From positions 132,815 through 191,538 of the forward strand of contig CAZUDQ010000002.1 in assembly GCA_964619365.1 (NCBI GenBank): 58,724 nt of DNA. The letters are read 5' to 3'. The translations under genes were made by a program, and so were the position numbers. Source of the DNA: an uncultured archaeon. GTDB lineage: Archaea > Altiarchaeota > Altiarchaeia > JAFGQM01. The notes under the pieces were generated by a model, which ran no database searches, was not told the origin of the DNA, and saw only the letters and a program-made list of their open reading frames with translations. Shown here in pieces: positions 1-9,991 of this stretch. Each line of letters begins with the position of its first letter. Position 1 is the first letter of the stretch.

Positions 1-1802
1 TCCCGTATAACGGAGACAATGTCACAAATAACACTTGGGTCAATGTCACAGTATGTGAGGCAAATGTCACTTCAGTTAAAGCTGATATCACCGCATACAC
101 AGCGTCACAAGGTGGAATCGTAGAATACAACATCACCGTTACAAACAACGGTAATGTCACACTTAGAACTGTAATCATCAACGACACGATTCCAAGCATC
201 CTGACATATAACAGCTCAAGTCTTGCTCCTTCAGCATCAGCGGCTCAGTATGTTACATGGACTCTAACAGACCTCGCATCAGGTGCAAGCCAGACAATCT
301 ACATGAACGCAACGGTTGACTACTACCCAGATGAGTGCGACGAAGTAACAAACATCCTTAATGTGACGGGAATCCCGTATAACGGAGACAATGTCACAAA
401 TAACACTTGGGTCAATGTCACAGTATGCGAGGCAAACATATCGGTCCTTAAAATCGACCAGACTTTTGCAATAGCCTCACAGGGCGGTCTTGTAACCTAC
501 AATCTCACAATAACAAACAATGGTAATGTGACTTTAGACCCAGTCAGGGTTGTTGATACCCTGCCCTCACAGTTAGAGTACACTGCCACTAACATGACGC
601 CGAATTCCACAACAGGAGATGTTGTGATTTGGGAGAACATAAGCTCTTTAGCACCAGGTGAGTCTGTTAAGATTACATTAAACGCGACGGTTAAGTCATT
701 ATCTGGCATGGGGTGCATAAACATAAGCAACAACCTTACGGCTGAAGGCGTGCCTCCAAACGGTGATAATGTAAGCCATACAGATTTACTAGATGTTGAA
801 GTATGCGAGGCAGGGATTGAAGTAACAAAGACTGTAAACCACGCCAGCATATACACAGGCAACTCGGCAGTATTTGCAATAACAGTTCAAAACAACGGTT
901 TTGTAAATCTTTCAAACGTCACTTTAACCGATGTGCTCCCCTCAGGCTTAACTTACCAGTCAACAAATGTTACGCCAAATTCAACGGCACCATACGTTTG
1001 GTATATTGGTAATCTAAGTGTGGGTTCTGCTGCTGTAAAGATTTCAATAACTGTTAAAGGACCCTCAAGAGGAACATTTACTAACTATGTCAATGCCACA
1101 GCAAGCGTCCCAAACGGAGATAATGTGAGTGACGAAGCTACTCGCAGTTTAACAGTCAAGAAGAGGTCTAGTGGTGGAGGAAGTGGAGGTTCATCAGGTA
1201 GCATGATAATTTATAATCCAACACTTCCAAGTGAGATTTGTGGCAACGGCAAGTGCACAGGCAATGAAACATGCATGAACTGTCCTGAAGATTGCGGCGA
1301 ATGTGTTGTAACAATAGTAGTTGAAAAAATTCCTGGCCTCGGCGAAGAGATTGTAATAATTGTCCTAGGAGATGATGGTATAGAGGTTTCAGAAGGAATT
1401 GTATTCTTTACAGGACCTGACGGGGCAGTTAGGGAAGTGGATATAATCGGTGGTATTGCAAAGGCTGTAATGGACGCCCCAGGTGTCTGGACAATAAGCT
1501 ACACTGATGCCGCAGGCAACAAAGTAGTCGAGACCGTTGCAATTGCGCGTCTAAGTCCCGAAATAAAACCAGATACTACAAAAGACGAAGCAAAAGACAG
1601 TTATGAACCTTTTGTCCCAACTGAGTATACTTCAAAGGAACAAACAAGTAGCGAGGATAACACCCTCCTTATTGTGGCTGTAATCGTTGTAATAGTTGCG
1701 GTAATCGCGGCTCTTGCATTTTTTATGAAGCCAAAAAAGAAAGGGGTTTTAGGTTCTTTTTTACCTAAAAAAGTTAAGAAAACAGGACTAAGGAGTTTAT
1801 AG
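1..1802 (+). CDS. DUF11-repeat cell-surface protein with Cys-rich module, Ig-like domain and C-terminal TM anchor (5' partial)
   Basis: The frame is open from base 3 (PYNGDNVTNNTW...). Tandem ~124-aa repeats with 'V.Y.ITVTNNGNVTL..V...DTLPS', then CGNGKCTGNETCMNCPEDC, a hydrophobic helix and a Lys-rich tail. Confidence 0.85.
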   Translation, partial: PYNGDNVTNNTWVNVTVCEANVTSVKADITAYTASQGGIVEYNITVTNNGNVTLRTVIINDTIPSILTYNSSSLAPSASAAQYVTWTLTDLASGASQTIYMNATVDYYPDECDEVTNILNVTGIPYNGDNVTNNTWVNVTVCEANISVLKIDQTFAIASQGGLVTYNLTITNNGNVTLDPVRVVDTLPSQLEYTATNMTPNSTTGDVVIWENISSLAPGESVKITLNATVKSLSGMGCINISNNLTAEGVPPNGDNVSHTDLLDVEVCEAGIEVTKTVNHASIYTGNSAVFAITVQNNGFVNLSNVTLTDVLPSGLTYQSTNVTPNSTAPYVWYIGNLSVGSAAVKISITVKGPSRGTFTNYVNATASVPNGDNVSDEATRSLTVKKRSSGGGSGGSSGSMIIYNPTLPSEICGNGKCTGNETCMNCPEDCGECVVTIVVEKIPGLGEEIVIIVLGDDGIEVSEGIVFFTGPDGAVREVDIIGGIAKAVMDAPGVWTISYTDAAGNKVVETVAIARLSPEIKPDTTKDEAKDSYEPFVPTEYTSKEQTSSEDNTLLIVAVIVVIVAVIAALAFFMKPKKKGVLGSFLPKKVKKTGLRSL

Positions 1803-1838
1803 TCCTGGCTTATTTTTTTCTTTTAACTAAGCTTAGCA

Positions 1839-2270
1839 TTAGTTAAGTTCTTTTCGCATCTTTACATGTGCTATTTCACCAAAAAGCATGTGTCCCGCGC
1901 CAATTGGATGGTAACTTGCTTTAGAATAGAATCCAGAGGCACTCTCACGCGCGTTTAAAATAACATATTTTGCCCCAGTTTCTTTTGCTTTTACTTCAAG
2001 TTCGAAAAGGACTTTTTGACCCACTCCATTGCCTCGATAAGTTTCATCTATCGCCATATATCTAATCTGGGCTTCATCCGAAGAATTTTTATGGACGCGT
2101 CCGCATGCGATTATCTTTCCATCATCAAACGCAGCTATGTGGATGGAGGAATCTTCAAGTTCATCCTTTTCAGTTCCCCTTTCTTGCCCCCAGGGTGCCC
2201 TTAAAACCTTATACCTCAGTTCGTAATATGCATTGAATTCCTCCGGGTTTTTAGGACATCTTATTTCCAT
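1839..2270 (-). CDS. GNAT-family N-acetyltransferase (YiiD/ElaA-like)
   Basis: LRY.VLR.PW, AQIRYMA, acetyl-CoA motif YRGNGVG, LNARE...FY. Start moved to MEIRC at 2270. Confidence 0.85.
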   Translation of the reverse strand: MEIRCPKNPEEFNAYYELRYKVLRAPWGQERGTEKDELEDSSIHIAAFDDGKIIACGRVHKNSSDEAQIRYMAIDETYRGNGVGQKVLFELEVKAKETGAKYVILNARESASGFYSKASYHPIGAGHMLFGEIAHVKMRKELN

Positions 2271-2319
2271 ATTGACGCAAAAACAGCTTTTATATTTCGT
2301 TTGCATAATTACACTCGCA

Positions 2320-2664
2320 ATGGCAAAAAAAGAAGACAAGATTAGTGATAAGGACCTTGACGGATTTGATGACCCGTTTATTGACGCACCTGACTTTGGC
2401 ATGGGCGCGCTTGCAATGCCTGATTTTTCCCAGATTGGAAAGGCGTTCTCGCTTTTATCATGGCTTCCAGCAATAATCACAACAGTTCTCACATTTATCG
2501 TAGCCTTTATAGTCCTTGTGCTCTATTACGGACTTACCCAGGGTGGGTATTACATGACGTTTGATTCCTTTATGTGGATAATTATGATTCCCTTTATAGT
2601 GGCTATCATCTCAGGTGGCATAACGCGCCTTGCATTCTCAAAGAAATCAACAGGTATTATGTAA
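2320..2664 (+). CDS. hypothetical membrane protein (2 TM)
   Basis: Acidic N-terminus followed by two hydrophobic helices. Start taken at MAKKEDK. Confidence 0.6.
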   Translation: MAKKEDKISDKDLDGFDDPFIDAPDFGMGALAMPDFSQIGKAFSLLSWLPAIITTVLTFIVAFIVLVLYYGLTQGGYYMTFDSFMWIIMIPFIVAIISGGITRLAFSKKSTGIM

Positions 2665-2667
2665 GAA

Positions 2668-2844
2668 ATGGTTTTTGTAAATCCAGATAAATGTCCACAG
2701 GACCATAGGTGTCCAATGCTGCTTAAGTGTCCTGTCGGTGCAATAAGCCAGGAAGGCATGGGTCTTCCTTTGGTGGATGCTTCAAAGTGTATAAACTGTG
2801 GGTTTTGCATAAGTAACTGCCCATTGGGCGCTATTGTTGAATAA
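2668..2844 (+). CDS. small 4Fe-4S ferredoxin (58 aa, absent from the ORF track)
   Basis: Translated by hand: MVFVNPDKCPQDHRCPMLLKCPVGAISQEGMGLPLVDASKCINCGFCISNCPLGAIVE*. Has CxxCxxCxxxCP. Its stop overlaps the next ATG (TAATG). Confidence 0.9.
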   Translation: MVFVNPDKCPQDHRCPMLLKCPVGAISQEGMGLPLVDASKCINCGFCISNCPLGAIVE

Positions 2845-3074
2845 TGACACAAACTAAGCTTTCTAAGGAGACTTTTCATATTGAAGGGCTTTATACTTCC
2901 GGTCATGCCAGGCGCTGTGAGGCAATGGTCAGAAACTCTGCGGGCGGACTCGAATCTGTCCACGCAAACGAGTTTAAGGACACCCTTGAGATACTCTTTG
3001 ATCCAAAGAGGGTATCAGTCCACACTTTAAAAGATATAATTGACGAGACTGGCTACATAATAATTAACGATTAA
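2844..3074 (+). CDS. HMA/CopZ-like small protein with degenerate metal motif
   Basis: HMA-like pattern (F.IEG...; I.FDP..VS...LK.II...GY). GMxCxxC is replaced by GLYTSGHARRC. Confidence 0.6.
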   Translation: MTQTKLSKETFHIEGLYTSGHARRCEAMVRNSAGGLESVHANEFKDTLEILFDPKRVSVHTLKDIIDETGYIIIND

Positions 3075-3076
3075 AG

Positions 3077-3952
3077 ATGAGACTGCAATTTGCAGTCCGC
3101 CCCTCCTTGATTTTTGCGGCAGTAGTTTTGGCTCTGATACTTTTCTCTACAAGTGCCCTATCTGCAGAGCTTAAAGTATCGGGAGATATCGAGAATAATC
3201 TAGTCCATGTGCTAATTGAAAACAAAGCAAGCTACTCTGTACCTTACAATTTCAAAGCCGAGCTAAAGACGCGCTCGGATGAAAAATGGGTTTTAGAGAA
3301 GACAGTTAAAGAAATTTCAAATGCGTCTCTTGCGCCAAAATCAAAAGAAGCAATTGACATCAATTTTACTTTCCCTGAGGCTAAGGGTGAATACAAGATA
3401 TTCCTAAAGGCCGATATTACAAACGGGACATATACCTACACAGACCTTAAATTCTCTGTTGGAGACGCGGGACCCCATCTTGATAAGCCAGAAAGCGGGG
3501 CTGGCGTGAAGATAATATCGGCGCCCGACGTGGTAAAGACTGGCGAAGAATTCACAATCATTGCAGAAATCGAGTCCTATTCTGACCAGAAGCTTGAAGT
3601 ATATTCCTATGTCTATGGCAACAGGCGATGCCTTTCGCTTTGGGGCTGGGACGGAAACAAAGTAAAGCTTGATTTTACAAAAGGCGAGATAAAACAAATA
3701 AACCTTAGCGATTCAGTCGCTCATTCAACATCCAACGGGACTTATTCTTTAACCGTCAGGGCACGCGGGGAAAAAGACTGGGACAAAAAAATGGAGATAA
3801 GAATAGTACAAAGTCCTCAGAATCTTTCTAAGGAACTAAGCTTACCGCACGATTTTAGTTCGGAAGAAGACGGCCTGTTTAACCCAGAAATACTTTTTCC
3901 CTTAATCGCTTTAATCCCCCTGGCCTTAATCATACTAAAACGCCTGTTCTAA
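3077..3952 (+). CDS. secreted, membrane-anchored hypothetical protein with Ig-like domains
   Basis: N-terminal signal peptide, beta-rich body, C-terminal TM followed by KR. Confidence 0.65.
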   Translation: MRLQFAVRPSLIFAAVVLALILFSTSALSAELKVSGDIENNLVHVLIENKASYSVPYNFKAELKTRSDEKWVLEKTVKEISNASLAPKSKEAIDINFTFPEAKGEYKIFLKADITNGTYTYTDLKFSVGDAGPHLDKPESGAGVKIISAPDVVKTGEEFTIIAEIESYSDQKLEVYSYVYGNRRCLSLWGWDGNKVKLDFTKGEIKQINLSDSVAHSTSNGTYSLTVRARGEKDWDKKMEIRIVQSPQNLSKELSLPHDFSSEEDGLFNPEILFPLIALIPLALIILKRLF

Positions 3953-3987
3953 ACGGTCTTTTTATGGATTCAAACCTTAACTAAATC

Positions 3988-6900
3988 GTGGGTAGCTCTA
4001 AGGTTGTCTCGGGCAGTGGCCTTGTCGGTCTTGTTACCATTCTTTTAATCATACTGGCAGGCGTAGCCAGCGCAGAATTTATTGATATTGATTCTGAGGT
4101 TCCACTCGAAGAGCTTGAGAAGGGAGGCTTTAATGAAGTTGCCCAGCAAAGCTATCTAGACCATGTTTCCTATGAAGCAAGAAAAGAACGCGAAGATTAC
4201 ACTCTCGTTGAATTTTCAAGGAGCAAAAGCTCCCAAAAAGAATTAGGAGTTTCATCAAAGCTTTCTTCAAAGACTGCAACTCTTTACTCAGAGCTTGGCA
4301 GAAATGAAAGAGTCCCTGTAATTGTTCTCCTAAAAGAAACTAGAACGATAAAAGCAGGGGGAAGCAAACTGAAAGCAGCAGAAAACGATGTAATCGATTC
4401 GATGGGGGCTGAGTTCAATGAGAAAGCCCATTTCTTCTCTATTCCAGGCTTTGCAGGGGACGCATCAAAAGAGGCCTTAAACGAGCTTACAGCTAATGAT
4501 GAAGTCATTGCCGTGTTCTATGATGAAAAAATCAATTTGCCTGAATCAATTGAAATCAAGGGCGAAACTACTAATAATCCAAAAGTCATATATGCAAAGC
4601 CAACAATAAGTGCGCAGGCGGCATGGGCTCTTGGTTGTGATGGTACGGGGAAATCAGTTGCGATACTTGATACTGGTGTTGATTATGAGCACGCAGACTT
4701 TGGTTCATGTAATCAGACTGAAATGGAAAGTGGAAATTGCCAGAAGATTCCAAAAGGTTATGACTTCTCAGATGATGATACAAACCCCATGGATTATCAT
4801 GGCCACGGGTCGCATTGTGCAGGAATTGCAGCATCTAATTCTACAAACGATAGTTTTAAGGGGATGGCGCCAAACGCAACGATATTTGCAGCCAAAGTAT
4901 TTCCCAATTCATATGATTCAGTTGTAATCACTGCGATTGATTGGTCTATTGCAGAAGGCGCTGATGTAATCTCTATGAGTCTTGGGAGTGATGAACAAGC
5001 AAATGATGGCCAATATGCCCTTTCCCTGGCTTCTGACTATGCAATGAGCCAAGGTGTTGTCGTTTCAATTGCAATGGGTAATGAAGGACCTGGAACTGGG
5101 ACAACAGGTAAACCTGCAGATTCTGTCTGGGCGATTTCAGTGGGGGCATCTGATGATAATAAGACTGCGGTCATATCTGATGACACCATAACTCCTTATA
5201 GCAATAGGGGTCCTTCTTTTCCAGGACGATTGGATCCTGAGTTTGTTGCGCCAGGTCAATCCATTTGTGCCACTAAGCTTCCAGGATCTGGAGGTACAAC
5301 ATGTTATGACATTTATCACAAATACTTATCTGGCACCTCAATGGCAACTCCAGCAGTAGCAGGAGCTGCTGCTGCCCTTCTTAGTTGTACAAGCGAATTT
5401 GACTCCTATGGGGTTCGCAAACAGCTTATGCACACAGCAAGTGATATCGGGGCGCATGTATTCCTCCAGGGTGCGGGTGAGATAAACCTCACTCAGGCAG
5501 CAATACAAAAGATATTTGGCACGATAAACGATGATGATAGATGGGAAGTAGAAATAGTGCCCGGTTCCTATGGGATAACGATTCTATCGCTTGAAAACGC
5601 ATACGGGACATCATCAGGACTTTCTATAAGTATTACGGATTTGACTGAACTTGAAGACGACAAGACAATAGGTGCGGGGAATGTCTCCTTTTCAGAAAGT
5701 TCTATAACTCTTGGAACAGGGGACACTCAGGAGATAAACGTAACAATCGAGGTTCCAAGTGACGCGCTTCCTGCAATATACGGCGCGATAATCGAGGTTA
5801 CTGGTGCCAATAACAGCTTACGGATACCCGTTGTCCTTACTGTCCCGCTTATAACAAGCGGCGCGATAACCGGCACCTTAAACAATAGTTATGTTGAATC
5901 CGGAGGTAGCATATATGAGTGGGGCGACTGGATATTCTACAAACTAAAGAGTCCTTCAGGCATTGCTCCGATATTGACTCTTTCATGGGATAATGCTTAT
6001 GATGTTGATTTATATGTTTTTGACAATGCAGGAAATCTAGTAGCGGTCAATGGCTCCAATTTTACTGTAAACCCCGAGATATTAACATTGCCTGATTATG
6101 GGGTCCAAGAGTATTGGGTAGGTATCCATGCATACACAGTCACTTCCGGATGTAATTATACGCTCTTAGTTTCTTATGATTCCTCACTTTTTATCGAACC
6201 AATCTTTTGGACTGAAAACTTTTGTACTGGCGAGCTTGCTAAAAAAGAGTTCATAATAAATAATACTGGAAATGAAATAAGTTCTCCGGAGCTTTCTGTA
6301 AAACGTATTGTAGCTCAAGATTCACAATCTACATCATCAACTATACCTAGTGGATATTGTTCTATCCCTTGGCAGTTAGATAATCCCGAAAATATCTCCT
6401 TTGTAGATATAGCCCTAAACTTCTCTGGATCCAATGGATATTTTTGTTTTGGTTTAGAATATTATGATGGGTCTGATTGGACGCCACCAATAGATACATC
6501 AACAGCCTATAATGAGAGAAGTTGTCATACATTAGAATACGGTGAAATAGTTAATCTTTCCTTTTTTTCTAGTGTAGAATATGCCAGTGAGCAATATGAA
6601 AAAATAGGATTTTTCATAGGTAATGCAGGTCCAAATAATCTTTCTTACGATTTAACTGTAATAGAATATAATGCGACAGAATGGAGCCTTGCAACAATAA
6701 GTCCTGAACTAACAAGCATACCTAGCGGAACTTCCCAAGTAAATGTTTCGATTAACACCACATCCTTTTTAGAGGGTGATGAGTACATGGGCGCATTTAC
6801 CCTAAGTAATGGTAGTTCTACACTTGTTAGTGTTCCAATAAACCTATATACTAATGATTCGGGTAGTCCCTTTAACCTCACTTGGAATTCAACTATAAAC

Positions 6901-7404
6901 TCCACTTTATACCAAATGAACCCTGAAATCTGCATGAGTTCCAATAGAACAATTTTTTCATGTAATCTTTACTGGAATGGTTCCGTTTTTGAGAATTTCA
7001 CAGAAGGAAATCAGTTTTGTTTTGAACCTTGGGCAGATGTCCCAGGAAATTATTCTCTTTTTGTGAACTGTTCTTATGGATTGTTTAATAGTAATTTAAC
7101 AGGCTGGCTTAATATCCCAAGTGACTCGCCCCCAGTAAACCTGACTTTGAGTGAGTCCTCAGGGAACTTTTCCTTTAACTGGAGCGGCTTTGGCAATAAC
7201 TTCACGGTTTACTATTCAACAAATGCCAGTGAGCTTGCAGGAAATGACCCTTCAGTCTTTGGTGGGAGTTCAGTTAATGTTACAAGCGGGAACTGGACAG
7301 ACACGCTAGGGGGTATTGAGATGTTCTACCGCGTTGCAAATAAAGGTCTTTTAGTAGGTCTTTCGCCAACAATTATGGCGCGCTATCAAATAGAAATATC
7401 CTAA
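3988..7404 (+). CDS. secreted S8 (subtilisin-like) serine peptidase with PPC-like and other C-terminal domains
   Basis: Signal peptide. Catalytic motifs AILDTG, HGSHCAG, GTSMATP; oxyanion GNEG; DVDLYVFD (PPC-like). Confidence 0.92.
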   Translation: MGSSKVVSGSGLVGLVTILLIILAGVASAEFIDIDSEVPLEELEKGGFNEVAQQSYLDHVSYEARKEREDYTLVEFSRSKSSQKELGVSSKLSSKTATLYSELGRNERVPVIVLLKETRTIKAGGSKLKAAENDVIDSMGAEFNEKAHFFSIPGFAGDASKEALNELTANDEVIAVFYDEKINLPESIEIKGETTNNPKVIYAKPTISAQAAWALGCDGTGKSVAILDTGVDYEHADFGSCNQTEMESGNCQKIPKGYDFSDDDTNPMDYHGHGSHCAGIAASNSTNDSFKGMAPNATIFAAKVFPNSYDSVVITAIDWSIAEGADVISMSLGSDEQANDGQYALSLASDYAMSQGVVVSIAMGNEGPGTGTTGKPADSVWAISVGASDDNKTAVISDDTITPYSNRGPSFPGRLDPEFVAPGQSICATKLPGSGGTTCYDIYHKYLSGTSMATPAVAGAAAALLSCTSEFDSYGVRKQLMHTASDIGAHVFLQGAGEINLTQAAIQKIFGTINDDDRWEVEIVPGSYGITILSLENAYGTSSGLSISITDLTELEDDKTIGAGNVSFSESSITLGTGDTQEINVTIEVPSDALPAIYGAIIEVTGANNSLRIPVVLTVPLITSGAITGTLNNSYVESGGSIYEWGDWIFYKLKSPSGIAPILTLSWDNAYDVDLYVFDNAGNLVAVNGSNFTVNPEILTLPDYGVQEYWVGIHAYTVTSGCNYTLLVSYDSSLFIEPIFWTENFCTGELAKKEFIINNTGNEISSPELSVKRIVAQDSQSTSSTIPSGYCSIPWQLDNPENISFVDIALNFSGSNGYFCFGLEYYDGSDWTPPIDTSTAYNERSCHTLEYGEIVNLSFFSSVEYASEQYEKIGFFIGNAGPNNLSYDLTVIEYNATEWSLATISPELTSIPSGTSQVNVSINTTSFLEGDEYMGAFTLSNGSSTLVSVPINLYTNDSGSPFNLTWNSTINSTLYQMNPEICMSSNRTIFSCNLYWNGSVFENFTEGNQFCFEPWADVPGNYSLFVNCSYGLFNSNLTGWLNIPSDSPPVNLTLSESSGNFSFNWSGFGNNFTVYYSTNASELAGNDPSVFGGSSVNVTSGNWTDTLGGIEMFYRVANKGLLVGLSPTIMARYQIEIS

Positions 7405-7412
7405 AATTTAAA

Positions 7413-8345
7413 ATGAAACAAATAATGTATAAGGCAGCAATTGTAATTATGCTTTTTGCCTTGGTCATGCCTATAGCTACTGCAGATTGCCCAGTATGCA
7501 AACAGAAAAAGACAGAAGACCATTGTCAGCTTATTATTGGCGAGAATAGAACCTTAGAGGGTATTGATATATTTTTGGCATATGGGCTAAATGACGATTT
7601 AGAGCCTGTTGAAGGCACAGAAGTTGAGATTCAATATTATAATGCAGAAGGATTGATTGAAAAAGAGGAATTTTTGACTGGAAAAAACGGCCACATTTAT
7701 TTTGACCCGGAATTTGTGGGTTACTATATAATCGACCCAAAAAAGGACAGCGACTTTAAGGCAATAGGGATAACATGCGAGGATCTTGTCCCACAAATGA
7801 TATATGTTGACACAATATGTGGGGACGCAGTCTGTGCCGGCAATGAAACTTCGCTTTCTTGTGCCATAGACTGTGCTAATTGTGGCGATGCCGTCTGCAG
7901 TGAAGGGGAAAACGCAAGTAATTGCGCCGATTGCTCAATTTGCGGCGATGGGGTTTGCACCATAGGCGAGAGCCGTCATACCTGCCCAGATGATTGTATG
8001 ATATGCGGCGATGGTTTTTGTGATTACATAGAAAATGGTCTTAATTGCCCCGATGACTGTGGAACAGGAATCGTTGATGGGGTTTGTGACCAGGCAGAAG
8101 ACGATATCTGCGACCCGGATTGCAATTCTTCTGATTCTGACCCTGATTGTATGATTGTTTTCCCCGAAGTCGAGGTATCGGACCTAGAACTCGAAACAAC
8201 GAGCGCAAATAGCTCAGATTTAGACATCTTACCCTTTGTTATAATCGCAATAATACTTATTGTAATAACCTTAGTGTTTGTCCTGCGAAAACGCCCTAAT
8301 AATAAAAAACCCGAGCCAAAGAAGAAAACAAAGTCAGAGAAATGA
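7413..8345 (+). CDS. Cys-rich repeat surface protein with C-terminal TM
   Basis: Signal peptide, four CGD..C...E....C..DC repeats, CDPDC motifs, TM and basic tail. Confidence 0.75.
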   Translation: MKQIMYKAAIVIMLFALVMPIATADCPVCKQKKTEDHCQLIIGENRTLEGIDIFLAYGLNDDLEPVEGTEVEIQYYNAEGLIEKEEFLTGKNGHIYFDPEFVGYYIIDPKKDSDFKAIGITCEDLVPQMIYVDTICGDAVCAGNETSLSCAIDCANCGDAVCSEGENASNCADCSICGDGVCTIGESRHTCPDDCMICGDGFCDYIENGLNCPDDCGTGIVDGVCDQAEDDICDPDCNSSDSDPDCMIVFPEVEVSDLELETTSANSSDLDILPFVIIAIILIVITLVFVLRKRPNNKKPEPKKKTKSEK

Positions 8346-8716
8346 CTCATTATCAAAAAGGCGCAGGATTCGAGCGCAAGCTTGTAAGGGCGTTTTGGGA
8401 TAATGGGTTTGCTGCCTTGCGCGCTGCAGGTTCAGGCTCGGCCCCCTTTGACCTTCCCGATGTCATCGCCTTTAAAAGTCCAAGGATAATTGCAATTGAA
8501 TGCAAGACAAGTTCAAAAGACAAGTTTCATTTAGAACTCGCAGATTATGAGAAACTAAAACATTTTTCAAGCATAGCAGGATGCGAATCTTATCTTGCAT
8601 TGAAATTTGACAGGACCGCGGCAAAGTTTTTCTCCCTTGGTTTGATGGATGCAGGGACAAGGACATTTGCCAAAAGCGATATATCGCTTTCTTTTGAGGA
8701 TTTAATCCAGGAATAA
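8342..8716 (+). CDS. hjc: archaeal Holliday junction resolvase
   Basis: KGAGFERKL, RAAGSG, PDVIA, IECK (PD-(D/E)xK). Confidence 0.92.
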   Translation: MTHYQKGAGFERKLVRAFWDNGFAALRAAGSGSAPFDLPDVIAFKSPRIIAIECKTSSKDKFHLELADYEKLKHFSSIAGCESYLALKFDRTAAKFFSLGLMDAGTRTFAKSDISLSFEDLIQE

Positions 8717-8724
8717 AGAATACT

Positions 8725-9951
8725 TTATTCAAAATGACTGGGGATTGCCTTTCCTATGGAATCAGCATCCTTTTTAGTCCAGGCCCAATCTCCATTCTTT
8801 TTTAAATCCGGTTTTTCCTCTTTTGGCTCTTTTTTCTCACCTGACTTTCTTGAAATCAGAACAGCCACAACAATTGCTCCAAGAAGGATTCCAACGGCGA
8901 TAAAATAGACAGTATAATCTGTACTCTTTTCCGTAATGACTGTTGGCGTGTTTTCTGACTGGGCAGGCGTGTTTGCGGCAATATTTATGGATTCTAAGGC
9001 TAGTGATTTTGCCGACGCGTAGTTTCCTGCGTTAAATGCATTTGCCGCGGCGTTATATTTTGTCACAGCCTCGCTTGATGATGAGCCAGATACTGTCTCC
9101 CAGGCAGAGTCTATTGCCACCTTGGCAAGCACCTTTTCTTCCCGTGAAGGAAGATTTGCTATAGCCTTTTCCGAATAGTCCTTTGAGCTACCTTCAAATT
9201 CAGTGATTGCCTTAGCAATGGCACCGGTGTATTGACCTATCTGTTCTGAAACCTGCGTACTTGCCATTGAGAGGTAGGCTTCCGGTTTCTCCTCAGCAAT
9301 CCTGTTGTATTCGAGTATCAGCGTTTTCCAGGCGGAACTAAAGTTCTTAAGGGACACAACAGCTTCCTTTTCAATACCTAAGAAGTCAAGCAGGCCCACA
9401 CAGTCCGGTTTCCCCCAGAATGAATCTGATGCGTTGCGCGCCAGAAGGGAGTCTTTCATTGCAAGAGAAAGCATATCAGACGCATTTTTTTGAGCCTTTG
9501 AAAGAGTTAAATATTCATAATTATCAATAATCCCATCTTCCTTTAGTGCCGAAAAGACAAGCACATAGTTTGTTATTGTGGTATTTGCACTTGATAGTTT
9601 TGAGGCGATTTCACCCGTACTTATCTGGTTTGAGAGCGCATAATTGTTTTCAGAGTCTATTGCGTACTTAAGTCTTAAGAGGTCGTCAAACTTTTCATCA
9701 TTCCCATTCAAAGTGTTTCCTCCCGAACTGACAAACAGGGCAAAGTTCTGGTCGTTCCCGTAATATGTGAAGCCACATACCCAAAAATCGCCTTCACAGG
9801 CAACAGGACCGCTAACCTGAACACTTTCTCCCGAAAGCGAGTATTCCATACAAAGCTCGCTTGCACCTTGCTGGCTGATTTCTCCGCAGGCTAGGGACGC
9901 ACATACGACAAACACGACTGACACTGTTAAAAACAAAGAGCTCTTTTTCAT
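8725..9951 (-). CDS. secreted helical hypothetical protein with C-terminal TM
   Basis: Signal peptide, TM YFIAVGILLGAIVVAVLI, charged tail. Confidence 0.65.
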   Translation of the reverse strand: MKKSSLFLTVSVVFVVCASLACGEISQQGASELCMEYSLSGESVQVSGPVACEGDFWVCGFTYYGNDQNFALFVSSGGNTLNGNDEKFDDLLRLKYAIDSENNYALSNQISTGEIASKLSSANTTITNYVLVFSALKEDGIIDNYEYLTLSKAQKNASDMLSLAMKDSLLARNASDSFWGKPDCVGLLDFLGIEKEAVVSLKNFSSAWKTLILEYNRIAEEKPEAYLSMASTQVSEQIGQYTGAIAKAITEFEGSSKDYSEKAIANLPSREEKVLAKVAIDSAWETVSGSSSSEAVTKYNAAANAFNAGNYASAKSLALESINIAANTPAQSENTPTVITEKSTDYTVYFIAVGILLGAIVVAVLISRKSGEKKEPKEEKPDLKKNGDWAWTKKDADSIGKAIPSHFE

Positions 9952-9991
9952 TTTGGGGCTACTAATTAATTAACTTGTCAGGATTTAAAAA

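Noticed and set aside
1-436. Diversity-generating retroelement template/variable repeat pair
   Set aside because: The single difference is T/C, not adenine-specific. Both copies are in-frame domain repeats and no reverse transcriptase is present.
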